From the human T2T-CHM13v2.0 reference genome, Homo sapiens: DNA of 64,000 bases. The notes under the pieces were generated by a model. The model ran no database searches, had not been told where the DNA came from, and was given only the letters and a program-made list of their open reading frames with translations. Made by a program: the position numbers and the translations under genes. The DNA is taken from the NCBI RefSeq assembly GCF_009914755.1, contig NC_060925.1. One strand, given 5' to 3'. Each line of letters begins with the position of its first letter. The stretch's first letter is position 1. Positions 12,210-24,900 of the stretch are shown here, piece by piece.

Positions 12210-15200
12210 GGGCAGCAGCATTATCAGAAACTTCTTTGTGATATGTGCATTGAACTCATGAAGTTGAACCTTTCTTTTGAGAGAGAAGTTTTGAAACAGT
12301 CTTTTTGCAGAATCTGCAAGTGGATATTTGAGCGATTTGAAGATTATGTTGGAAAAGGAATTATCTTCACAGAAAAACTGGATAGAAGCATTCTCAAGAA
12401 CTTGTTTCTGATGTATGAATTCAACTCACAGAGTTGAACATTTCTTTTGATAGAGCAGTACTTAAACACTACTTTTGTAGAATCTGCTTGTGGATATTTG
12501 CAGCTGTTTGACGGTTTCGTTGGAAACGAGATATCTTCAAATAAGAACTAGACAGAAGCATTCTCAGAAACTGCTTTGTGATGTGTGAATTCAACTCAGA
12601 GAGTTGAACACTTCTTTAGAAAGATCAGATTTGAAATAATCTTTTTCTAGAATCTGCAAATGTTCATTCAGAGAGATTTGAGGCCAATGGTGGAAAAGGA
12701 AACATCTTCACATAAAATCTAGGCAGAAACATCCTCAGAAACTTCTTTGTGATGTATGCATTCAACTCGCGGAGTTGAACCTTCCTTTTGAGAGAGCATT
12801 TTTGAAACATTCTTTTTGTAGAATCTGCAGGTGGGTATTTGGAGCGATTTGAAGCCTATGTTGGAAAAGGAAATATCTTCACAGAAAAACTAGACAGAAG
12901 CATTCTAAGGAACTTGTTTGTGATGTGTGCTTTTCAGTCACAGAGTTGAACATTCCTTTTGATAGAGCAGTACTGAAAGACTACTTTTGTAGCATCTGCT
13001 TGTGGATATTTGGAGCTTTTTGAGGATTTCGTTGGAAACGAGATATCTTCAAATATAAACTAGACAGAAGCATTCTCAGACACTGCTTTGTGATGTGTGA
13101 ATTCAACTCAGAGAGTTGAACACTTCTTTAGAAAGAGTATTTTTCAAATAATATTTTTCTTGAATCTGCAAAGGTTCATTGGGAGCACTTTGAGATCTAT
13201 GGTAGAAAAGGGGTCATCTTCACATAAAATCTAGGTAGAAGCATTCTAGAAACTTCTTTGTGATGTATGCATTCAACTCACGGAGTTGAATCTTCTGTTT
13301 GAGAGAGAAGTTTTGAAACAGTCTTTTTGCAGAATCTGCAAGTGGATATTTGGAGCGATTTGAAGCCTGTGTTGTAAAAGGAAATATCTTCCCAGAAAAA
13401 CTAGACAGAAGAATTCTCAGGAACTTGTTTGTGATGTGTGCATTCAACTCACTGAGTTGAACCTTCCTGTTGATAGAGCAGTTTTGAAACAGTCTCTTTG
13501 TAGGATCTGCAAATTGATATTTTGAGCGATTTCTGGCCTATGGTGGAAAAGGAAATATCTTCACATAAAATCTTGATGGAAGCATTCTCAGAAACTGCTT
13601 TGTGATGTGTGCATTCTACTCACTGAGTTGAACATTTCTTTTGATAGAGCAGTGCTGAAACACCACTTTTGTAGAATCTACTTCAGGATATTTGGAGCTC
13701 TTTGAGGATTTCATTGGAAACGCGATATCCTCTAATAAAAAGTAGACAGAAGCATTGTCAGAAACTGCTTTGTGATGTGTGAATTCAACTCAGAGTGTTG
13801 AACACTTCTTTAGAATGAGCAGTTTTGAAACACTCTTTTTCTAGAAGATGCAAGTGTTCATTTGGAGCGCTTTGAGGCCTATGTTGGAAAAGGAAATATC
13901 TTCACTTAAAAACTAGGCAGAAGCATTCTCAGAAACTTCTTTGTGATATGTGCATACAACTCACGGGGTTGAACTTTCCTTTTGTGAGAGCAGTTTGAAA
14001 CAGTCTTTTTATAGAATCTGCAAGTGGATATTTGGAGAGATTTGAAGCCTATGTTGGAAAAGGAAATATCTTCACAGGAAAATTAGACAGAAGCATTCTC
14101 AGGGACTTGTTTCTGATGTGTGCATTCAACTCATAGAGTTGAACCTTCCTCTTGAGAGAGCTGTTTTGAAACAATCACTTTGTAGGATCTGCAAGTCGAT
14201 ATTTGGAGCGATTTCAGGTCTATGGTGGAAAAGGAAATATCTTCACATAAAAGATTGATAGAAGCATTTTCAGAAACTGCTTTGTGATGTGTGCATTCTA
14301 CTCATAGAGTTGAACATTTCTTTTGATAGTGCAGTACCGTAACACCATTTTGTAGAATCTGCTTGAGGATATTTGGAGCTGTTTGAGGATTTTGTTGGAA
14401 ATGAGATATTTTCAAATAAATCTAGACAGAAGCATTCTAAGAAACTGCTTTGTGATGTGTGAATTCAACTCAGAGAGTTGAACACTTCTTGAGAAATAGC
14501 AGTTTGGAAACAAACTTTTTCTAGAATCTGCAAGTATTCATTTGGAGCACTTTGAGGCCTGTAGTGGAAAAGGAAACATCTTCACACAAAAAGTTGACAG
14601 AAGCATTCTCAGAAACTGTTTTGTGATGTGTGCATTCAACTCACAGAACTGAAACTTTCTTTTGAGAGAGCAGTTTTGAAGCAGTCTTTTTGTAGAATCT
14701 GTAAGTGGATATTTGGAGTGATTTGAAACCTATGTTGGCAAAGGAAATATTTTCACAGAAAAACTAGACAGAAGCATTCTCAGGACCTTCTTTGTGATGT
14801 GTGCATTCAACTCAGAGAGTTGAAACTTCCTGTTGATAGAGGTGTTTGGAACAGTCTCTTTGTAGGATTTGCAAGTGGATATTTGGAGATATTTGAGGCC
14901 AATGTTGAAAAAGGAAATACTTTCACATAAAACCATGACAGAAGCATTCTCACAAACAGCTTTGTGATGTGTGCGTTCAGCTCACAGAGTTGAACATTTC
15001 TTTTGGTAGAGAAGTACTGAAACACTACTTTTGTAGAATCTGCTTGTAGATATTTGGAGATGTTTGAAGATTTCCTTGGAAACGGGATATCTTCAAATAA
15101 AAATTAGACAGAAGCATTCTCAGAAACTGCTTTGTGATGTGTGCATTCAACTCAGAGAGGTGAACATTTCTTTAGAAAGAACAGTTTTGAAACATTCCTT

Positions 15201-15997
15201 TTCTAGAATCTGCAAGTGTTCATTTGGAGCACTTTGAGGCGCACGGTGGAAAAGGAAATATCTTCACATAAAAACTAGGCGGAAGCATTATCAGAAACTT
15301 CTTTGTGATGTATGCATTCAACACACAGATTTGAACCTTCCTTTTGAGAGAGCAGTTTTGAAACAGTCTTTTTGTAGAATCTGCCATTGCATATTTGGAG
15401 TGATATGAAGCATATATTGGAAAAGGATACAAAATTCACAGGAAAACTAGACAAAAGTATTCTCAGGAACTTGTTTGTGATGTGTGCATTCAACTCAGAG
15501 AGCTGAACCTTCCTATTGAGAGAGCTGTTTTGAAACAATCTCTTTGTACGTTCTGCAAGTGGATATTTGGAGCGATTTCAGGCCTATGGTGTAAATGGAA
15601 ATATCTTCACATAAAAGTTTAACAGAAACATTTTCAGGAACTTGTTTGTGATGTGTGCATTCAGCTCACCGAGTTGAATATTTTTTTTTGATAGAGCAGT
15701 ACTGAAACACTACTTTTGTAGAACCTGATTGTGGATATTTGGAGCTCTTTGAGGACTTCATTGGAATCAACTTATCTTTAAATAAAAACTAGACAGAAGC
15801 ATTCTCAGAAACTGCTTTTTGATGTGTGAATTCAACTCAGAGAGTTTAACACTTCTTTAGAAAGAGAAGCTTTGAAACACTATTTTTCTAGAATCTGGAA
15901 GTGTTCATTTGGAGCGCTTTGTGGTTTTTGGTGGAAGAGGTAACAACTCCACATAAAAACTAGGCAGAAGCATTCTCAGAAACTTCTTTGTGATGTA
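12210..15997 (+). repeat. Inverted block of the same alpha satellite family (~22 monomers)
   Basis: Reads cattctcagaaac... on +. Same monomer classes in reverse complement (gagcagtactgaaacactact, aacacttctttagaaag, ccttcctgttgatagag). Confidence 0.97.
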
Positions 15998-18900
15998 AGA
16001 GTGTTTGAAAGAGTGTTTCAACACTGAACTATCAAAAGGAAGGTTCAACTCTGTGAGTCGAATGCACACATCACAAACAAGTTCCTGAGAATGTTTCTGT
16101 CTAGTTTCTCTCTGAAGATATTTCCTTTTCCACAATAGGACTGAAAGATCTCCAAATGAAGACTTGCAGATTCCAGAAAGGGAGTGTTTCTAAACTGCTC
16201 CATCAAGAGAAATGTTCAACTCTGTGAGTGAATGCACACATCACAAAGCCGTTTCTGAGAACGCTTCTGTCAAGCTTTTATGTGAAGATAATTTCTTTTC
16301 CAACATAGGCCTGAAAATGCTCCCCATATGCAGTTGCAGAACCTATAAAGAGACTGTTTCAAAACAGCTCTATCAACAGGAAGGTTCAACTCTGTGAGTT
16401 GAATGCACACATCACATACAAGTTCCTGAGAATGCTTCTGTCTAGTTTCTCTCTGAAGATATTTCCTTTTCCAACATAGGCTTCAAATCGCTCCAAATAT
16501 CCACTTGCAGATTCTACAAAAAGACTGTTTCAAAACTGCTCTCTGAAAAGGAAGGTACAACTCTGTGAGTTGAATGCACACATCACAAAGAAGTTTCTGA
16601 GAATGCTTCTGCCTAGTTTTTATGTGAAGATGTTTCCTTTTCCACCATAGGCCTCAAAGCGTTCCAAATGAACACTTGCAGATTCTAGAAAAAGAGGGTT
16701 TCAAAACTGCTCTTTCTAAAGAAGTGTTCAACTCACTGAGTTGAATTCACATATCACAAAGAAGTTTCTGAGAACGCTTCTGTTTAGTTTTTCTGTGAAC
16801 ATAGCCCGTTTCCATAGAAGGCCTCAAAGAGCTCCAAATATCCACAAGTAGCTTCTTTAAAAGGAGTGTTTCAACACTGCTCTATCAAAAGAGAGGTTTA
16901 ACTCTGTGAGGTGAATGGACACATCTCAAAGAACTCTCTGAGAATGCTTTTGTCTAGTTTTTATGAGAAGATATCTCCTTTTCCACCATAGGCCTCAAAT
17001 CACTCCAAATTTCCACTTCTAGATCTTAGAAAAAGACGGTTTCAACACTACTCTATCAAAAGGAAGATTAAACTCTGTGAGTTGAATGCACATATCACAA
17101 AGAAGTTTCCTAGAACGCTTCAGTTCAGTTTTTATGGGAAGATATTTCCTTTTCCACCGTAGGACTGAAAGCGCTCCAAATGAACACTTGCAGATAATAG
17201 AAAAAGAGTGTTTCAAAACTGCTCTTTCTAAAGAAGTGTTCAACTCTCTGAGTTGAATTCACACATCACAAAGCAGTTTCTGAGAATGCTTCTGTCTAGT
17301 TTTTATTTGAAGTTATCTCGTTTCCAACGAAATCCTCAAACAGCTCCAAATATCCAACAGCAGATTCTACAAAACTAGTGTTACACTACTGCTCTATCAA
17401 AAGAAATGTTCAATTCTGTGAGTTGAATGCACACATCACAAAACAGTTTCGGAGACTGTTCTGTCAAGCTTTTATGGGAAGATATTTCCTTTTCCACCAT
17501 AGGCCTGAAATCTCTCCAAATATCTAGTTGCATATCTTTCAAAGAGACTGTTTAAAAACAGCTCTATCAACAGGAAGGTTCAACTCTGTGAGTTGAATGC
17601 ACACATCACAATAAGTTCCTGAGATTGCTTCTGTCTAGTTTTTCTGTGAAGATATTTCCTTTTCCAACATAGGCTTCAAATCGCTCCAAATATCCACTTG
17701 CAGTTTCTACAAAAGGACTGTTTCAAAACTGCTCTCTCTAAAGGAAGGGTCAACTCCGTGAGTGGAATGCATACATCAGAAAGAAGTTTCTGAGAATGCT
17801 TCTGCCTAGTTTTTATGTGAAAGTGTTTCCTTTTCCACCATAGGCCTCAAAGCGCTCCAAATGAACACTTGCAAATTCTAGAAAAAGAGTGTTTCAAAAC
17901 TGCTCTTTCTAAAGAAGTGTTAAACTCTCTGAATTGAATTCACACATCACAAAGCAGTTTCTGAGAATGCTTCTGCCTAGTTTTTATTTGAAGATATATC
18001 ATTTCCAATGAAATCCTCAAAGCGCACCAAATATCCACAAGCAGATTCTACAAAAGTAGTGTCTCAGTACTCCTCTAACAAAAGAAGTGTTCAACTCTGT
18101 GTGTTGAATGCACACATAACAAACAAGTTCCTGAGAATGTTTCTGTCAATTTTTTCTGTGAGGATATTTCCTTTTCCAACATAGGCTGCAAATCGCTCCC
18201 AATATCCACTTGGAGATGCTACAAAAAGACTGTTTCAAAACTGCTCTCTCAAAAAGAAGGTTCAACTCTGTGAGTTGAATGTATACATCACACAGAAGTT
18301 TCTGAGTATCCTTCTGATTAGTTTTCATGTGAAGATGTTTCCTTTGCCACCATAGGCCTCAAAGCCCTACAAGCGAACACTTGCAGATTCTATAAAAAGA
18401 GTGTTTCAAAACTGCTCTTTCTAAAGAAGTGTTCAACTCTCTGAACTGAATTCACACATCACAAAGCAGTTTCTGAGAATGCTCCTGTCTAGTTTTTATT
18501 TGAAGATATCTAGTTTCCAACGAAATCCTCAAAGACCACCAAATATCCACAAGCAGATTCTACAAAAGTAGTGTTTCAGTACTGCTCAATCAAAAGAAAT
18601 GTTCAACTGTGTGATGTGAATGCACACATCACAAAGCAGTTTCTGAAAATGCTTCTGTCAAGCTTTTATGTGAAGATATTTCGTTTTCACCATAGGCCTG
18701 AATTCGCTCCAAATATCCACTTGCTGATCCTACAAAGAGACTGTTTCAAAACAGCTCTATCAACAGGAAGGTTCAACTCTGTGAGTTGAATGCACACTTC
18801 ACAAACAAGTTCCTGAGAATGCTTCTGTCTAGTTTTTCTGTGATCATATTTCCTTTTCCAACTTAAGCTTCAAATTGCTACAAATATCCACTGGCAGATT

Positions 18901-21900
18901 CTACAAAAAGACTGTTTCAAAACTGCTCTCTCAAAAGGAAGTTTCAACTCTGTGAGTTGAATGCGTACATCAAAAAGACGTTTCTGAGAATGCTTCTGCC
19001 TAGTTTTTATGTGAAGATGTTTCCTTTTCCACCATAGGCCTCATAGTGCTCCAAATGAACACTTGCAGATTCTAGAAAAAGATTGTTTCAAAACTGCTCT
19101 TTCTAAAGACATGTTCAACTCTCCTAGATGAATGCACTCATCACAAAACAGTTTCTGAGAAAGCTTCTGTGTAGTTTTTCTGCGAAGATATTTCGTTTAT
19201 AATGAAAGCCTCAAAGAGCTCCAAATATCCAGAAGCAGATAATTCAAAAGGAGTGTTTCAAAACTGTTCTATCAAAAGGAAGGTTTACCTCTGTGAGGTG
19301 AATGGACACATCTCAAAGAACTTTCTGAGAATGCTTCTGTCTAGTTTTTATGTGAAGATATTTCATTTTCCACCATAGGCCTCAAATCACTCCAAATTTC
19401 CACTTCTAGATCCTACAAAAAGACTGTTTCATCACTGCTCTACCAAAAGGAAGTTTCTACACTGTGAGTTGAATGCACACATCACAAAGCAGTTTCTGAG
19501 AATGCTTCTGTCAAGCATTTATGTGAGGATATTTCCATTTCCAACATAGGCCTGAAATCTCTCCAAATATCCACTTGCAGATCCTACAAAGAGACTGTTC
19601 AAACAGGTCTATCAACAGGAAAGTTCAACTCTGTGAGTTGAATGCACACATTAAAAAGAAGTTCCTCAGAATGCTTCTGTCTAATTTTATGTCAAGTTAC
19701 CTCCTTTTCCATCATACGCCCCAAAGCGCTACAAATGAACACGTGAAGATTCTACAAAAAGAGTGTTTCACAACTGCACTATCAGAAGTAAAGATCAAAT
19801 ATGTGAGTTGTGTGCACACATCACAATGCAGTTTCTGAGAATGCTTCTATCTAGTTTTTATTTGAAGATATCTCATTTACAAAGAAATCCTAAAACAGCT
19901 CCAAATATCCACAAGCAGATTCTACAAAAGAATTGTTTCAGTACTGCTCTATGAAAAGAAATGTTCAACTCTGTGAGTTGAATGCACACATCACAAAGCA
20001 GTTTCTGAGAATGCTTCTGTCAAGCTTTTATGTGAAGGTATTTCCTTTTCCACCTTAGGCCTGAAATCGCTCCAAATATCCACTTGCAGATCCAATAAAG
20101 GGAGTGTTTCAAAACAGCTCTATCAAAAGGAAGGTTCAACTCTGGGAGTTGAATGCACACATCACAAACATGTTCCTGAGAATGCTTCTGTCTAGTTTTT
20201 CTGTGAAGATATTCCTTTTTCCAAAATAGTCTTCAAATAGCTCCAAGTATCCACTTGCAGATTCTACAAAAAGACTGTTTCAAAACTACTCTCTCAAAAG
20301 GAAAGTTCAACTCTGTGAGTTGAATGCATACATCACAAAGAAGTTTCTGAGAATGCTTCTGCCTAGTTTTTATGTATGTGAAGATGTTTTCTTTTCCACC
20401 ATAGGCCTGAAAGCGCTCCAAATGAACACTTGCGGATTCTAGAAAAAGAGTGTTTCAAAACTGCTCTTTCTGAAGTAGTGTTCAACTCTTTGAATTGAAC
20501 TCACACATCACAAAGCAGTTTCTGAGAATGCTTTCGTCTAATTTTTATTTGAAGATATCTCTTTTCCAACTAAATCCTCAAACAGCTCCAAATATCCACA
20601 AGTAGATTTTACAAAAGTAGTGTTTCAATACTGCTCTATCAAAAGAAATGTTCACCTCTGTGAGATGAATGCACACATCACAAAGCCGTTTCTGAGAATC
20701 ATTCTCTCAATCTTTTATGTGAAGATATTTCCTTTTCCACCATAGGCCTGAAATCGCTCCAAATATCCACTTGCAGATCCTAAAAAGGGACTGTTTCAAA
20801 ACAGCTCTATCAGCAGGAAGGTTAAACTCTGTGACTTGAATGCACACATCACAAACAAGTTTCTGAGAATGCTTCTGTCTAGATTTTCTGTGAAGATATT
20901 TCCTTTTCCAAAATAGGCTTCAGATCACTCCAAATATCCACTTGCAGATTCTACAAAAAGACTGTTTCAAAACTGCTCTCTCAAAAGGAATCTTCAACTC
21001 TGTGAGTAGGATGCATACATCACAAAAAAGTTTCTGAGAATGCTTCTGCTTAGTTTTTCTGTTAAGATGTTTCCTTTTCCACCATAGGCCTCAAAGCGCT
21101 CCAAGTGAACACTTGCAGATTCATGAAAAAGATTGTTTCAAAACTGCTCTTTCTAAAGAAGTGTTCAACTCTCTGAGTTGAACTCACACATCACAAAGCA
21201 GTTTCTGAGAATGCTTCTTTCTAGTTTTTATTTGAAGATATCTCGTTTCCAACGAAATCCTCAAAGAGCTCGAAATATCCACAAGCAGATTCCACAAAAG
21301 TAGTGTTTCAGTACTCTTCTATCAAAAGAAATGTTCAACTCTGTCTGTTGAATGCAGAAATCACAAAGCAGTTTCTGAGAATCATTCTGTCAGGCTTTTA
21401 TGTGAAGATATTTCCTTTTCCACCATAGCCTGAAATCGCAAAAAACATCCACTTGCAGATCCTACAAAGAGAATGTTTCAAAACAGCTCTATCAAGAGGA
21501 AGGTTCAACTCTGTGTGTTGAATGCACACATCACATACAAGTTCCTGAGAATGCTTCTGTCTAGTTTTTCTGTGAATATATTTTCTTTTGCATCATAGGC
21601 TTCAAATCGCTCCAAATATCCACTTGCAGATTCTACAAAAAGACTGTTTCAAAACTGCTCTCTCAAAAGGAATGTTCACCTCTGTGAGTAGAATGCATAC
21701 ATTATGAAGATGTTTCTCAGAATGCTTCTGCCTAGTTGTTATGTGACTATGTTCCCTTTTCCAACATAAGCCTCAAAGCGCTCCAAATGAACACTTGCAG
21801 ATTCTAGAAAAAGAGTGTTTCAAACCTGCTCTTTCTAAAGAAGTGTTCAACTCTCTGAGTTGAATTCACACATCACAAAGCACTTTCTGAGAATGCTTCT

Positions 21901-24900
21901 CTTTAGTTTTTATTTGAAGATAATTTGCTTATAACGAAATCCTGAAAGATCTCCAAATATCCACAAGCATATTCTACAAAAGTAGTGTTTCAGTACTGCT
22001 CTATCAAAGGAAATGTTCAACTGCGTGAGTTGAATGCATACTTCAGAAAGCAGTTTCTGAGAATGCCTCTGTCAAGCTTTTATGTGAAGATATTTCCTTT
22101 TCCACCATAGGCATGAAATCGCTCCAAATATTCACTTGCAGATCGTACAAAGATACTATTTCAAACAGCACTCTCATCAGGAAGGTTCAGCTCTGTAAGC
22201 TGAATGCACACATCACAAACAAGTTCCTGAGAATGCTTCTGTCTAGTTTTCCTGTGAAGATATTTCCTTTTCCAGCATAGGCTTCAAACCGCTCCAAATA
22301 TCCACTTGTAGAGTCTACAAAAAGACTGTTTCTAAACTGCTCTCACGAAAGGAGGGCTCATCTCTGTGAGTTGAATGCATACATCACAAAGAAGTTTCTG
22401 AGAATGCTTCTGACTAGTTTTTATATGAGGATGTTTCCTTTTCCACCATAGGCCTCAAAGCGCTCCTAATGAACATTTATGGATTCTAGAAAAAGAGTGT
22501 TTCAAAACTGCTCTTTCTGAAGAAGTGTTCAACTCTCAGTTGAAATCACACATCACAAAGCAGTTTCTGAGAATGCTTCTGTCTAGTTCTTTTTTGAAGA
22601 TATCTCGCTTCCAACGAAATCCTCAAACAGCTCCAAATATCCACAATCGGATTCTAGAAAAGTAGTGTTTCAGTACTGCTCTATCAAAAGAAATGTCCAA
22701 CTCTGTGAGTTGAATGCAAACATCACAAAGCAGTTTCTGAGAATTCTTCTGTCAAGCTTTTATGTGAAGAAATTTCCTTTTCCACCGTATGCCTGAAATC
22801 ACAGGAAATATCCACTTGCAGATCCTACAAACAGACTGTTTCAAAAGAGCTCCCTCAACAGGAAGGTTCAGCTCTGTGATTTGAATGCAGATATCACAAA
22901 CATGTTCCTGAGAATGCTTCCGTCTAGTTTTTCTGTGAAGATATTTCCTTTTAAAACATAGGCTTCAAATTGCTCCAAATATCCACTTGCAGCTTCTACA
23001 AAAAGACTGTTTCAAAACTGCTCTCTCAAAAGGAAGGTTCAACTCTGTGAGTAGAATGCACACATCACAAAGTGGTTTCTGAGAATGCTTCTGACTAGTT
23101 ATGTGAAGATGTTTTCTTTTCCACCGTATGCCTCAAAGCGTTCCAAATGAATGCTTTCAGATAATAGAAAAAGAGAGTTTGAAAGCTGCTCTTTTTAAAG
23201 AATTGTTCAACTCTCTGAGTTGAATTCACACATCACAAAGCAGTTTCTGAGAATGCTTCTGTCAAGTTTTTATTTGAAGATATCTTGTTTCCTATGAAAT
23301 CCTCAAAAAGCTCCAAATATCCACAAGCAGATAATACAAAAGTAGTGTTTCAAAACTGCTCTAATAAAAGAAATGTTCAACTCTGTGAGTTGAATGCACA
23401 CATCTCAAAGCAGTTTCTGAGAATCAATCTGTCAAGCTTTTATATGAAGATATTTCCTTTTCCACCAAAGGCCTGAAATCACTCTAAATATCCACTTGCA
23501 GATCCTACAAAGGGACTGTTTGAAAACAGCTCTATCAACAAGAAGGTTCAACTCTGTGTGTTGAATGCACACATCACATACAAGTTCCTGAGAATGCTTC
23601 TGTCTAGTTTTTCTGTGAATATATTTTCTTTTGCATCATAGGCTTCAAATCGCTCCAAATATCCACTTGCAGATTCTACAAAAAGACTGTTTCAAAACTG
23701 CTCTCTCAAAAGGAAGGTTCAAATCTGTGAGTTGAATGCATACATCACAAAGAAGTTTCTGAGAATGCTTCTGCCTTGTTTTTATGTAAATATATTTCCT
23801 TTCCCACCATAGGCCTCAAAGCTCTCCAAATGAACACTTGCAGATTCTAGAAAAAGAGTGTTTCAAAACTGCTCTTTCTAAAGAAATGTTAAACTTTCTG
23901 AGTTGAATTCAGACTTCACGAATCAGTTTCTGAGAATGCTTCTATCTATTATTTATTTGAAGATAATTCACTTCCAATGAAATCCTTAAACAGCTCCAAA
24001 TATCCAAAAGCTGATTCTACAAAGGTAGGATTTCAGTACTGCTCTATCAAAAGAAATGTTCAACTCTGTGAGTTGAATGCACACATCACAAACAAGTTCC
24101 TGAGAATGCTTCTGTCTAGTTTTTCTGTGAAGATATTTCCTTTTCCAACATAGGCATCAGATCACTCCAAATACCGACTTGCAGATTCTACAGAAAGACT
24201 GTTTCAAAACTGCTCTCTCAAAAGGAAGACTCAACTCTGTGAGTTGAATGCGTACATCGCAAAGAAGTTTCTGAAAATGCTTCTGCCTAGTTTTTATGTG
24301 AAGATGTTTCCTTTTCCACCATAGGCCTCTTAGCGCTCCAAATGAACACTTGCAGATTTTAGAAAAAGAGTGTTTCAAAACTGCTCTTTCTAAAGAAGTG
24401 TTCAACTCTGTGAGTTGAATACACACATCACAGAGCATTTTCTGAGAATGATTCTTTCAACCATTTATGTGAAGATATTTTCTTTTCCACCACAGGCCTG
24501 AAACCGCTCCAAATATCCACTTGCAGATCCTACAAAGAGACTGTATCAAAACATCTCTCTCAACAGGAAGTTTCAAATCTGTCAGTTGTATGCACACATC
24601 ACAAACTAGCTCCTGAGAGAGCTTCTGTATAGTTTTTCTGTGAAGAAGTTTTCTGTGAAGATCTTTCATTTGCAACATAGGGTTCAAATCACTCCAAATG
24701 TCCACTTGCAGATTCTACAAAAAGACTGTTTCAAAACTGCTCTCTCAAAAGGAAGGCTCAAATATGTGAGTTGAATGCGTACATCACAAAGAAGCTTCTG
24801 AGAATGCTTCTGCCTAGTTTTTATGTGAAGAGGCTTCCTTTTCCACCATAGGCCTCAAAGTGCTCCAAATGAACACTTGCAGATTTTAGAAAAAGAGTGT

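Noticed and set aside
20371-20380. 4-bp duplication tatgtatgtg
   Set aside because: Isolated slippage event with no wider significance.
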